Of a DNA stretch of 64,000 nt, positions 25,362 to 39,130 are shown in pieces. The stretch lies in assembly GCA_951406725.2 (NCBI GenBank), contig OX597828.1, positions 45,570,001-45,634,000 on the forward strand. The letters run 5' to 3'. The stretch is from Octopus vulgaris. Lineage: Eukaryota. Position 1 is the first letter of the stretch, and each line of letters begins with the position of its first letter. The notes under the pieces were generated by a model that made no database searches, had not been told where the DNA came from, and was given only the letters and a program-made list of their open reading frames with translations. The position numbers and the translations under genes are program-made.

Positions 25362-25440
<79 letters not shown>

Positions 25441-25463
25441 TGCTTGTGTACCAACCTGTGTAT

Positions 25464-25653
25464 AGGCACAGGCTGAGCTGCGTGGCCAGAAGCTTCCTTC
25501 CAAACCACATGGTTCAGGGTTCAGTCCCACTGTTCGGTACCTTGGGGAAGTGTCTTCTACTGTAGCCTTGGGCCGACCAAAGCCTAATTAGTGGATTTGA
25601 TTGACTGAAATTAGAATAAGTCCGTTCTATATATACATATATATGTGTGTGTT

Positions 25654-25697
<44 letters not shown>

Positions 25698-26046
25698 AAC
25701 AATAATTCTAGGATGGAATTTATATATATCTAATACATCGCTACGCGCTTTCCCACGAATCACATGATTTTTACCATCAGAGGCTGTATACTTGGAATTA
25801 GTACAGTGTAGTCCGTAGTATTATCCTTGGGCATCCGGATAATCATCATCATTGATTCATTTCATCCGGGGATACCGCATTATTGGATGAATCATAGAGT
25901 GATGCTTATCCCTTCTTTCCACTCTGAAGGCCAGCCGATATGTATGTATGTATATATGTATGTACGTATGCATGTATGTATGTATGTATGTATGTATGCA
26001 TGTATGTATGTATGCATGCATATATGTATGTATGTATGTATGTATG

Positions 26047-26080
<34 letters not shown>

Positions 26081-26540
26081 TCTATGTATGTATGTATGTA
26101 TGTATGTATGTATGTATGTATCTATGTATGTATGTATGTATGTATGTATGTATGTATGTATGTATGTATGCATGCATGTATGTATGTATGTATGTATGTA
26201 TGTATGTATCTATGTATGTATGTATGTATCTATGTATGTATGTATGTATGTATGTATGTATGTATGTATCTATGTATGTATGTATGTATGTATGTATGTA
26301 TGTATCTATGTATGTATGTTTCTATGTATGTATGTTGTGTATGTGTGAGTGTGTGCTCTCTGTCTGTGTCTCTGTTTGTACCCCACCAATGCTTGATGTC
26401 TTTATATCCCCGCAACGTAGCGGTTCGTCAAAAATTACCAATAAAATAATCCCCATGCTTAAAATATATACTGAGGTCTGTTTGTTGGACTAAGTCTTTT
26501 CAAGGCCGCAGTCTAATGACTAAAACAAGTAAAAAAAACA
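25464..26540 (+). mobile_element. Diverged SINE A: 5' half (25464-25690) and 3' half (26350-26540) separated by unique DNA and (TATG)n
   Basis: Both halves recognisable in the same orientation; may be one expanded copy or two fragments. Confidence 0.55.
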
Positions 26541-26894
26541 AACAAAGAAGATACATACCATACCTTACATCTTGAAGGCGTGGGTCTAGCGGTTAGAGTA
26601 TGGCAGCATTGACGATCGCAACACTGTGGTTTCGATCCCTGAATGTGGTAGTTCGTTGTGTTATTCAACAAAACAATACACATGACAACTAGGACCAGTT
26701 ACTTACGAAAGATCCTGCTAGAATACGTACCAGAGAGTAAACATATATACTGAAGTTGATTTTTTTCGACTAAGCCCTTAAAGAACATGAGCCATCAAGG
26801 TCGCAATCCAATGACTGAAACAAACAAAAGATATATATATGTATATCTATATGTATATATGTACGTGTGTATATATATATATATATATATAAAA

Positions 26895-26963
<69 letters not shown>

Positions 26964-27576
26964 TATATACACACACACAAACACTCACACACACACGCAC
27001 ACACATATATATATATATATATATCTTATGGCAGCAATGAACAAAATGAGATAAGACAGCAGAAGATGGACAACTTTTGACAAATATAAGTATAAGTATA
27101 AGATTAACTTTAGAATAAAAAGAAAATGTAGTGAGATTTAGAGTTTGGACTGCAAGTCCTTCATCAGGAGATAATTGTAGAAGAAAAATCGAGAAGTATG
27201 AAGTATAAAAACTGGTTGGCAGGAAAAGCGACTTAGTGATAGGGGACAGTGCTTCATGTTTCAGGCTCCGATGAAGCCATAGGGCGATACAAGCTCATTC
27301 AACTGTGAGTGCATTGCATTTTATAGCAGAAACAGCTGGTAGCTAATGAAATTCATGAGATAATTGTTTACTTCTTTATCATTCTAATTCCCTCCCACAT
27401 TTATTAACAAACCCCAACTCCACCCCAGACATACCCGAATCTCTTATACAGTAGAACTTCGGTTTTCGTATAACTCTGATCACGAATGAATAGTACTTTA
27501 TCTCCTGTCTTTCTCATATTCACTTAATACAGTAGTACCTCGGTTTACGAATAAATTGTACTTTATATATATCTAC

Positions 27577-27713
<137 letters not shown>

Positions 27714-27819
27714 ATAAGGCACAAAAAGAAAATGATTCTCCTCAGACCCAACAGAATATGCTTTAACACACGAACTCACATAAGGGATCTTGCAAACCAA
27801 ATCCAAAAACGAAATATGG

Positions 27820-27861
<42 letters not shown>

Positions 27862-28526
27862 TCACGAAAGGCTCTTTTCTGTTTGGTCATCCGGTTGCTG
27901 TAACAGAAGCCATTTGTTCAAGGTATCACTCGGTGGCACCTTGATCAAGTTCATCAATGCCCATCTCTGTTATTTCATGCCCTCAAGAGCAAATTGTCAA
28001 TGATGGTCTTCTCTTCCTCTGAAACAGAAGTTTGAAACTGAAATCAAGCTTGACTGCTATTCTTAGCATTTTGAAACATCGCATTGAAGCGCTTCTGGTT
28101 ATTGAAAAATACATAGCGCAGGCAGGCGACTTGTATGTAAAACCGGAGCGAGTCGTGATTTCGTCTATGCGAGTGTGCGTGTACTGCGCATGCGTGCGTG
28201 CGTCTATGCGGTTGTGTTGCTGTGCGTGCGCGCACGCGCAAGTGGGTCTTTATATGATTGCTCTTAAAAATGAGTTTTTTTTCTCTCAATAAACTTTCAA
28301 GGGCTTTTGAACATCCATCTAATGTACGTGCACAAAGACACTGACATGCAAATACGCATGCGCATATCCTCGCCGGTAACTTGCTATGCGCGCGTGCGTA
28401 TTGTTGTGATTCAGCGTACGCGTCTGTTTATGCGCGTGTTTGGTTTGATCGAAATTTCTCTGCCTCTCACTTCCCCAGTCTTTCTCTCTCTCGTTGCAAA
28501 TATATATATATATATATATATCTACG

Positions 28527-28574
<48 letters not shown>

Positions 28575-28629
28575 AACATAAACATATAGAGAGGCAGGCA
28601 GACACATGTATATATATATATGTATATCT

Positions 28630-29297
28630 AATTAATAATAAGGTGAGAGAATTAGATACTAATTTAATAGCATATTTATTCAACACCAAGTGGCCTAGTG
28701 CTTCGAGAAACCTGATTATTATAATATTTTATAACATATTATAATATTTTTACAAAATAATAGAAGATAGTGGTCATATATTGCTCACTCTAGCACCAGT
28801 TAATCCAAAAGGTTTCAACCACGAAAATACAGCTTACCATGAAAGTCAGTACGATTGTTAGCTCACACGGACAGGGCAAATAAAAAATAACAAAAATACA
28901 GATTATTTTATTGTTTCGCTACTTACAAAAAAATCCATTTGTAGCTCGTCAGCCAAGACTATCTGGATGAAATATCAATATTTTATATAAATACGCGTGT
29001 GGTTATGATTACATCCGACGTTATAATTCAAATACTTTCACGGAAAACAAATACAGCATTTAGAAATAAATATAATTATAATTAATTAATAAGGGTGAGA
29101 GAATTATATATATATATATATATATAGCGAACAATCCCAAAATAATCTGTATTTTTGTTATTTTTTATTTGCCCTGTCCGTGTGAGCTAACAATCGTACT
29201 GACTTTCATGGTAAGCATGTATTTTCGTGTTGAAACCTTTTGGATTAACTGGTGCTAGAAGCAATATAGTGACCACTCTCTTATATTTATTTTGTAT
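28630..29297. mobile_element. PLE-like module with short terminal direct repeat, hammerhead core and inverted copy across (TA)n
   Basis: AATTAATAA..GGTGAGAGAATTA at 28630 and ~29084; 28750-28922 inverted at 29125-29297; minus CTGACGA-GCTAC..GTAGC-GAAA at 28914-28952. Confidence 0.7.
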
Positions 29298-29320
29298 ATG
29301 TATATCTATATATTTATATA

Positions 29321-29424
<104 letters not shown>

Positions 29425-29794
29425 AATGAATGTTTTTATATATAATGAACGTGAAACACAGGAAGGGACGAACACGGAACACAGACAAATCATTCGAAGC
29501 CTTCAATCTTCAGTCAGACACCGAACCATCATAGCAAATTTCGGCTGTTCAATTCTGATATTTGCTCCAACTCGGCCAGCCCCAAGAAAAAAAACTAAGC
29601 TGTAAGCATTAGATTTCTTGGTAGAAGACAGGAATGTGAACGCACAAGACGGATGTAAACACAAGAGACGAAAACGAAATTGAAAACGGTAATGAACAAA
29701 CAAAACATATATAACGGTGGTTGTCATACGACTTTAGACCAAATGAGACAGAAACAACAACAACATAGCTGGCGTAGATATGTATGTATATGTT

Positions 29795-29865
<71 letters not shown>

Positions 29866-29868
29866 AGA

Positions 29869-29937
<69 letters not shown>

Positions 29938-30374
29938 CGACCGACAGACAGATAGATAGATAGAAGGATAGACAGAGCGAGGGAGAGAAAAAGAATCACG
30001 GGCATTGACTGACATGTACGAATGCGTATGAATAATAGGAAATATGTTTATGATTTTTTATATACGCATAAAGAGATGTATGCAAGAATGTATGTATGTA
30101 TGTATGTATGTATGTATGTATGTATGCATGCATGTATGTATGTATTTGTGTAATATATGTATGTGTGAAAAGGACGTCTGTTCATTTGTATACATGTTGT
30201 AATAGTAGGAGATAAATTCGAAAACAGTATAGATTTCTAATATATACGTATGAATATCTGTGTGTGTGTGTGTCGGTGTTTGTGTGCGCTCGCGCATGCG
30301 CATGCGTATTGCTTTATGTCTATCTGCCTATCTTTCTATCCATCATTCTCTCTCCCCTCCTTCTCTCTCTATAT

Positions 30375-30405
<31 letters not shown>

Positions 30406-30412
30406 TTGAGAG

Positions 30413-30452
<40 letters not shown>

Positions 30453-30534
30453 GCATATTTGCACATATACGCATATACATATATACATATGCAGATACAT
30501 ACACTTACGCACATACAAGCATACATACTTACAT

Positions 30535-30668
<134 letters not shown>

Positions 30669-30782
30669 TATATATATGAATATATGAATATATATATATA
30701 GATATATATATATATATAGATATATATATATTCATATATATATATATATGTATATATATATGAATATATATATATACATATA

Positions 30783-30818
<36 letters not shown>

Positions 30819-31401
30819 CATACATATATATGCTTATATGCATACATATCTAAATATATACACACATACAATGATGCATACATAGACACATACAAATATA
30901 ATGGTACATACAAACATACACGCAAGCATATATAAAAAAATATACAAGCATACATACTTATACACAAACATATATACCTGCGTTTCTACATACACATATA
31001 CATACATGCGTTCATACAGTATTTTAATACCGTTCTATCGATCGAATTTAATCCATTCCCTGCATCTAAAATTAATTATTCTCCCTCCTGCCATTTTTAC
31101 TGATCGGCCATCTTTTAATATGTCTTCTCTGTTCTTACTTCATATTCATCAGCAAACAAGATATTTAATAAATATAAATACACCAGAGCGTTTCACGTTT
31201 CCTATTCTGCGTTACATTGGTGTTAATTCGGCTGTGATTCCGTAAGATTCCGTTTGTAGTGCCCCGATTTCTACAACATCACCAACAAAAGACACAGAAA
31301 ACATTTCGCTTTGATTCTTTTGCCGTAGAAAGCCTTTGATCGTGTGTCAGAAATTCATTATATAATGCTTAAATGTTCTGTTTTTCGTTATGCCTATTGT
31401 G

Positions 31402-31479
<78 letters not shown>

Positions 31480-31490
31480 CATCTGTCTGG

Positions 31491-31572
<82 letters not shown>

Positions 31573-31586
31573 GTCTGTTTATCTGT

Positions 31587-31660
<74 letters not shown>

Positions 31661-31675
31661 GTCTGTCTGTCTGTC
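31402..31675. repeat. (TCTA)n microsatellite
   Basis: Direct reading. Confidence 0.97.
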
Positions 31676-31677
31676 TT

Positions 31678-32262
31678 CAAGGGGCTAAACACAGAGAGGA
31701 CAAACAAGGACAGACAAACGGATTAAAGTCGGTTATATCGACCCCAGTGCATAACTGGTCCTTAATTTATCGACCCCCAAAGGATGATAGGCAAAGTCGA
31801 CCTCGGCGGAATTTGAACTCAGAACGTAGCGGCAGTCGAAATACCTATTTCTTTACTACCCACAAGGGGCTAAACACAGAGTGGACAAACAAGGACAGAC
31901 AAACGGTTTAAGTCGATTATATCGACCCCAGTGCCTAACTGGTACTTATTTAATCGACCGCGAAAGGATGAAAGGCAAAGTCGACCTCGGAGGAATTTGA
32001 ACTCAGAACGCAGCGGCAGAAGAAATACCTATTTCTTTATTACCCACAAGGGGCCAAACACAGAGGGGACAAACAAGGACAGACATAGGTATTAAGTCGA
32101 TTACATCGACCCTAGTGCGTAACTGGTACTTAATTTATCGACCCCGAAAGGATGAAAGGCAAAGTCGACCTCGGCGGAATTTGAACTCAGAACGTAGCGG
32201 CAGAAGAAATACCGCTAAGTATTTCGCCCGGCGCGTTAGCGATTCTGCCAGCTCGCCGCCTT
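31678..32262 (-). mobile_element. SINE family C with ~183-bp body in three tandem units
   Basis: Head AGGCGGCGAGCTGGCAGAA..GAGTTCAAATTCC, conserved GCCTTTCATCCTTTCGGGGTCGATAAAT; CAAGGGGC(T/C)AAACACAGAG recurs ~183 bp apart. Confidence 0.88.
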
Positions 32263-32572
32263 CTTTCTTTGTATATTGTTGACATCCTAGGAATAAAGTC
32301 ACTAAACAAGGAAAGAAAGTCGAAGTGTTGCTTTGGTACCAAGCTGTTGTATATAATATCCATGATTTCCTTTACTCTTTACTTTGTATTTCTGCCGAGT
32401 AATGCCGTTAAATGGGACCGGCGGTATTCGTTCATTTATCGAAGTTTTTATAAGTAATTCATGTCTATCTATCCCATGAAACGTGTGTTCATTATATCAA
32501 GCTTTATCACTGATTTCTAAATCCCTTTTCTACGCGCGAATACATACATACATACATACATACATACATACA

Positions 32573-32671
<99 letters not shown>

Positions 32672-32691
32672 TTATACATATATATATATAT

Positions 32692-33125
32692 AGGCGCAGC
32701 AATGGCTCTGTGGTAAGTAGCTTGCTTACCAACCACATGGTTCCGTGTTCAGTCCCACTGCGTGGAAACTTGGCCGAACAAACTAAAGCCTCGGGCCGAC
32801 CAAAGCCTTGTGGGTTGATTTGGTAGACGGAAACTGAAAGAAGCCCGTCGTATATATGTATATATATATGTGTGTGTGTGTCTGTGTGTGTGTGTATGTG
32901 TGTGTTTGTGTGTCTGTGTTTGTCCCCTTAGCATTGCTTAACAACCGATGCTGATGTGTTTATATCCCCGTCACTTAGCGGTTCGGCAAAAGAGACCGAT
33001 ACAACAAGTGCTAGGCTTACAAAGAATAAGTCCCGAGGTCGATTTGCTCGACTAAAGGCGGTGCCTCTCGCATGGCCCCAGTCAAATGACTGAAACAAAT
33101 TAAAGAGTATAAAGAGAGTAAAAGA
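32692..33125 (+). mobile_element. SINE family A
   Basis: Full family A structure. Confidence 0.88.
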
Positions 33126-33149
33126 GTTTATTTATTTATTTACTCTCTT

Positions 33150-33358
33150 TTTTTTACTCTTTTACTTGTTTCAGTCATTTGACTGCGGCCATGCTGGAGC
33201 ACCGCCTTTAGTCGAGCAAATCGACCCCGGGACTTATTCTTTGTAAGCCCAGTACTTATTCTATCGGTCTCTTTTTGCCGAACCGCTAAGTGACGGGGAT
33301 GTAAACACACCAGCATCGGTTGTCAAGCAATGCTAGGGGAACAAGCACAGACACACAA

Positions 33359-33391
<33 letters not shown>

Positions 33392-33567
33392 CACATATAT
33401 ATATATATATATATGTGAACTCAGAACGCAGCGGCAGAAGAAATACCTATTTCTTTATTACCCACAAGGGGCCAAACACAGAGGGGACAAACAAGGACAG
33501 ACATAGGTATTAAGTCGATTACATCGACCCTAGTGCGTAACTGGTACTTAATTTATCGACACCGAAA

Positions 33568-33638
<71 letters not shown>

Positions 33639-33802
33639 TACGACAGGCTTCTTTCAGTTTCCGTCTACCAAATCCACTCACAAGGCATTTGTCGTCCGGG
33701 GCTATAGCAGAAGACACTTGCCCAAGGTGCCACGCAGTGGGACTGAACCCGGAACCCTGTGGTTGGTTAGCAAGCTACTTACCACACAGCCACTCCTGCG
33801 CC
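33150..33802 (-). mobile_element. SINE family A carrying a 156-bp SINE C fragment in its central (TA)n
   Basis: Family A halves flank 33416-33571. Confidence 0.88.
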
Positions 33803-33823
33803 TTATTTATTTATTTATTTATA

Positions 33824-34983
33824 CAGGGTGCGTTAGTTATTTGAGGACTTACATTTTTGCGTCATTGCTGCATTTTTTGCTAAATCTGTGTAATATTTGG
33901 TTCAGAAAATTATAAAGGCTGAGCATAGTGATTTAGAAATATCTCGATTTATAAATGTTGCCAGAGCTAGAGAAGATGGAAATGTATCACCAGTATCAAA
34001 GCATAAAAAAGCATTCTAAATGCTCTGAAATCATCAGAACACCTGAATTTATCCAGCAAGTTCAACAGACCATTGATTACAATCCCAGAAAGTCCATGAG
34101 GTCAATTGCAAATGAGCTCCATGTGTCAGAAGAAACAGTTAGAAATGTTCTCTACGAAGACAACAGATACAAGTCTTATATGATGAGGAAAGGTCAATTT
34201 GTCAGAAAAAGCAAAAGAAAATCACTATATCAGATCTAAAAGGCTCTTAAACAAACTGAAAAATCCAGCAGAAGAAAATTTGATTTGGTTTTGCTCACAC
34301 GGGAAAAATTTCGACCAAGGTCAAAAAGTTAAAATAAGAAGTGACAGATGGCTATGTGCAGACCCTTCTGAAGTTCCAAGTGTTATGCATACAAAATCTC
34401 CTGCAACTGTCATGGTTTTAGGGGTTATCAGCATTGAAGGACATGTGATGCCTGTTTACTTTTTTCCTTAGAGTTAACTCTACCGCCTAAAGTGGAGTCC
34501 TGGAAATAATTAAGACCTGGATAGACAGTGTATGCAATGGAAGACCATATGTGTTTCAGTAAGACTCTGCACTATCACACATGGTTCTAGTAACACAGGA
34601 ATGGATGGCGCAAAATTTTCATGATCGCATAACCCCTAACATTTGGCCTCCTAATTCCCGGCATCTCAATCGATTATTGCATGCGAAGCGATGTTGAGAG
34701 AGAGGTCAATGAACGCGCCCATAACACCAAAGATTCTTTGAAAGCTGCCATAGTGAGAATAATGTCCAAAATGAACCAGGACCATTTGATTCGAGCATGT
34801 AGATGATTTAGATCTCATAGAGAAGCAGTTGGTGATGCTGAAGGTGGCTTTATTTAATAACTTAATAGAAAAGGTTTATTTCTATCCTCATAACATTTTT
34901 TGATAAACAAAGTTGTCTGTTATTATATATATGTTTTTTTTTTTATAAACATGAATCTGTCCTCAAATATCTTATGCACCCTG
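33824..34983 (+). mobile_element. Tc1/mariner DD37D (maT-type) transposon, decayed
   Basis: TA-flanked TIRs CAGGGTGC..ATTTGAGGAC / GTCCTCAAAT..GCACCCTG; transposase pieces RWLCADPSEVP..VMVLGVIS, VFQ*DSA, IWPPNS; spacing fits D37D; stops and frameshifts. Confidence 0.9.
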
Positions 34984-34999
34984 TATATATATATATATA

Positions 35000-35383
35000 T
35001 GGAAGCACTCCGTCGGTTACGACGACGAGGGTTCCGGTTGATCCGATCAACGGAACAGCCTGCTCGTGAAATTAACGTGTAAGTGGCTGAGCACTCCACA
35101 GACACGTGTACCCTTAACGTAGTATCTTGGGGATATTCAGCGTGACACAGAGAGTGACCTTTCAAGTACCTTTGAAATACAGGTACAACAGAAACAGGAA
35201 GTAAGAGTGAGAGAATGTTGTGGTGAAAGAGTACAGCAGGGATCACCACCATCCCCTGCCGGAGCATCGTGGAGCTTTAGGTGTTTTCGCTCAATAAACA
35301 CTCACAACGCCCGGTCTGGGAATCGAAACCGCGATCCTATGACCGCGAGTCCGCTGCCCTAACCACTGGGCCGTTGCGCCTCC
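35000..35383 (-). mobile_element. SINE family B, full length
   Basis: Minus head GGAGGCGCAACGGCCCAGTGGTTAGGG..GGTTTCGATTCCC; body shared with 58217-58600. Confidence 0.85.
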
Positions 35384-35386
35384 AAC

Positions 35387-35448
<62 letters not shown>

Positions 35449-35519
35449 AATAAAATATATGCATATATATAAACATATATGTACGTACCTACCTCTACAT
35501 GTACATATACACGCATATA

Positions 35520-36235
35520 TGTGTACAGGACACCAAAAAGACGTCGAACACATAGAGAGACGAAAAACATAGACACAAACCAAGGAACAAGACAGGCAAA
35601 AAAAGAGAGAGATACAGGACAATAAGCACAACGAAAAATCCCCTTCTTCAGTCGCTAAAGTTTCATCTACTAAACGTTTCGAAGGATAAAAGCGAGACGT
35701 ATACTTCGAATGAAAAATTCCTTCCTGCGAAAAGCAAATCAATTAAAATTCTGAGATCTTTTCGCAGAGGGGTGAAAAAAAGCAAGACGGTAACGACAGT
35801 ACAAACATATAAACAGTAAAAAATATATATATAAACAGTGGAAAAATAAATATACAACAGTGAGAGACAGGACAAGGAGAACAAAATAAGAAGGGCTGTT
35901 AACGCCAGACGAAAAAAGTATTGCAAACGCTGGATTATAGTGGACGACGAGAGAGGAAGATGTCGACCAGAGGCCTTAGAAGGCGGGCGAGAAAGGACAG
36001 GATAGCAGTTACGACGGAAGTATGGTCGCAGATGGACGACGGGAATGGGGGAGGAGGAGCAAGAGGAAGAGAGAGAAGAAGGGGAATGGTGCGAGGAGAC
36101 CATGAAGAACAGTGAGGGGGAGAGAGAGAGGAAGAGACAAGTTAAGTGAGGGAAAAAAAGACGAAAAAGGGAATGGGAGAGAAAGAAAGAAAGATGCAGA
36201 GTCGCGTGAGAGTTAATATCAAGGCGAACTTGATA
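35520..36235 (-). mobile_element. Probable PLE-like 3' region
   Basis: Microsatellite-flanked, purine-rich on plus strand like 24001-24760, TCGAAACGT and CTGAAGA fragments on minus strand; no complete ribozyme fold. Confidence 0.35.
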
Positions 36236-36601
36236 AACAGATGTATGTATGTATGTATATATGTATGTATGTATGTACGTATTTTTGCATGCATGAATTA
36301 TGTATACTTGTATATTATATATATATTTATCTATATACAACATTCATATGTATGTTTTTATATATACGTGTATGTGTGAGCGTGTGTGTGTAATATATAC
36401 ATATATATATACTACGCTGAGATTAATTAGGATATACGTGAGTACGTGATGAGTACAGGAGTACTTATCTACGTACGCTTCCATATATCTGACTGTCTTT
36501 TTTCTTGTTTTCTTCCCCACCGCCTGTGTGATTGATTACGTATATATATATATATAGATACGCATTCATTAATCTCTCTCTCTTTCTCTCTTCCTCCCCC
36601 T

Positions 36602-36645
<44 letters not shown>

Positions 36646-37681
36646 CGTGTCCATATTTGTTAACTTACCGCTTATCTCTTCCCACCACATTCACGACTCG
36701 TACATATTTTATAAACATACCTTTTTTTCTCTTGCTATTTGCTCATTTGTCCGACATCCTGTATGTTTGTATTCCTAATTTAATGGCTAGTTATCTTGCT
36801 TCAAATGCTGATGTAACATGCAAACATTCAGGTGAGATATATTGCTCCTGTATAGTCTTAGAAAAAAACAAAAAAACCCAGCAACTAAATAACTGAAGAT
36901 CCAATTTATAGCACGTCATAAAAATAAATTTTTGATTAGACAATACTCCAGTGACTACTATTAAATTTCGCTTGGTGACGAAAGCTGGTATTTGAACTGA
37001 GAATGTAACACAATGTGATTAAATACCAGATCTTTGTGTGAAGACCAACGGCGTTGAAGGACAACATAGCACTCATTCTCTAGAATATGGCTGCTGCTTT
37101 TCCAGTTCCCAGAATGACGTCAGCTTTAACATCGCCGTTGTTATTGATGATACAACCTAGATAGGTGAATATATGATATTTGTAGTCCATATATTTTGCT
37201 GATTGATCTTTACGATCGTTGATACTCAACGGTCATTGCTTTTTGTTTGGTCTTCTCCGTATTGACTCTCTTACTAATCTTTCCAGCATTCTGCTTTAGG
37301 TCTTCTGTGCATTTGGCAGTTTCTATTGTCTTAGCGAGCATGACAATGTCATCAGCAAAGTCCTGGTCCTTCAGACTAGTTTGTTGTTTCCACGGTATTT
37401 CTCGATTGGGTATGTTTGTTGTATTCTTTAAGAAGAAGTCTACTGTTTGTAAGAACAGAAAGAGCAACAGAATGCAACCATGACTCACTCCAGTAAGACT
37501 GTCGAAGAAGTCAGTTTTTCCCGGAACACAGCATCGAAAATTTGCGTAAAGATTTTTAAAGATATTGACAAATCAATAAGGGTCATTTTTAGTGCAAGGT
37601 AGCGCTTCACAAAGACTCTCTGTAGACATTATCAATTACTTTCCTGAAGTCAATAAAATGCATCTTCAGTGGTATTTTGAT

Positions 37682-37897
37682 GCGGCGAGCTGGCAGACTC
37701 GTTAGCTCACAGGGCAAAATGCTTGGCAGCATTTCTCCCGTCTTTACGTTTAGAGTTCAAATTACGCCGAGGTTGACTTAGCCTTTCATCCTTTTAAGGT
37801 GAATAAAATAAGTATCAGTTGAGAACTGGGGTCGATGTCATCGACTTACCCACTCCCCGAAAATTGCTGGCCTTGTGATAAATGTTGAAACCAATAT
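37682..37897 (+). mobile_element. SINE family C (short-tail form)
   Basis: GCGGCGAGCTGGCAGA head and GCCTTTCATCC domain. Confidence 0.8.
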
Positions 37898-38209
37898 TAT
37901 TTCTGAGGGTGAAAATTTATTCAATGCAAGATCGGTTGTTACGACGTCCGCCTCGTTTCTCTCATCGTCCGGCGTCACAACCTCTTTCAACCTGTTTAGA
38001 AGCACTGTTCAAAAAACTTCACCAGACACTAACGACAGTGTGATGCTCCGCCAATTATTGCAGCTGAATAAGCCTCTCTTGTTCGGTGGTTTCAGGGTTT
38101 CAGCAATTCATTAGACTTTTCAGCTGAGTCATTACAATGTTTCCTCCATGTTCAAGCATCTCTGTGGTGATTTCATCCCGTTCAACAGGTTTGCTGTTTT
38201 GCATTTCCA

Positions 38210-38590
38210 CGTGGCTGTGTGGTAAGTAGCTTGTTTACCAACCACATGGTTCCGGGTTCAGTCCCACTGCGGGGCACCTTGGGCAAGTGTCTTCTACTAT
38301 AGCCTCGGGCCGACCAATGCCTTGTGAGTGGATTTGGTAGACGGAAACTGAAAGAATCCCGTCGTATATATGTATATATATATGTGTGCGTGTATGTGTT
38401 CGTGTGTCTGTGTTTGTCCCCCTAGCATTGCTTAACAACCGATGCTGGTGTGTTTATGTCCCCGTTACTTAGCGGTTCGGCAAAAGAGACCGATAGAATA
38501 AGTCCCGGGGTCGAGTTGCTCGATTAAAGGCGGTGCTCCAGCATGGCCGCAGTCAAATGACTGAAATAAGTAAAAGAGAAAAAGAGAGAG
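38210..38590 (+). mobile_element. SINE family A
   Basis: Family A structure. Confidence 0.88.
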
Positions 38591-38800
38591 AGCTTGTATT
38601 GTCTCTTCGCTCGTTACTGGATCTTTACCTACACTTCGGGTTTGCTTATCCTCTTTTTTTGGTCAAAGTTCTACAGTTCTGTCGGTGTTGGTTGATTCAA
38701 TGTTTCTCGGTAGCCTTGTTCTCCTGTAATCAGAAAAGTCCTTCTCTGTTTTCTTTCAGTGTTGCATTTGGGCTGCGTTTTGCTCCAGTTAACTCGCCTG

Positions 38801-39130
38801 GTATACTGTGAGACATGGAAGAGCGGCGAAAACATCGACAGAAAGCTAGATGTGGTTCACTACTTCACCAACGATACTTGAGAAGAATTCTGAGAAGGTA
38901 ATGGCGAGACCACTTAATCAATGAAGACATTCTAGAGTGAGTCAATATGAGACTACCTAGCAAAGTCATTGCAAAATGAAGCTTGAAGCTTGCAAGATAC
39001 ATACTCCAGCTTTCAGAGCAACACCATACTAAAACAGCTTTCAAAGGGATAGCACTGGAGTTGGAAAATAAAGATGTGAATCGAAAATTACATGGTGCAG
39101 AAATACATAACTGACATGAGGGAGGCCGAC
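38801..39130 (+). pseudogene. RTE LINE ORF2 C-terminal relic
   Basis: YCETWKS..RKLDV, LRRILRR*WRDHLINEDIL. Confidence 0.7.

Larger units (their letters stand above)
36975..38800 (-). pseudogene. RTE LINE ORF2 relic (RT core), interrupted by SINEs C and A
   Basis: Minus-strand fragments in order: DEITTEMLEHGG, LLTGVSHGCILL, LKDQDFADDIVMLA, FTYLGCII, KAAAIF..HTKIW. Confidence 0.8.

Noticed and set aside
27975-28030. Minus-strand acceptor (cttctgtttcag) as exon
   Set aside because: All three frames stop within ~15 codons; unsupported.
29490-29520. Hammerhead at CTGAAGA..GAAGGCTTC-GAAT (also 35640-35690)
   Set aside because: GAAA box or stem I missing; cannot be folded.
35320-35383. tRNA genes at SINE heads
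   Set aside because: A/B boxes present but each continues into a shared SINE body; no convincing cloverleaf.
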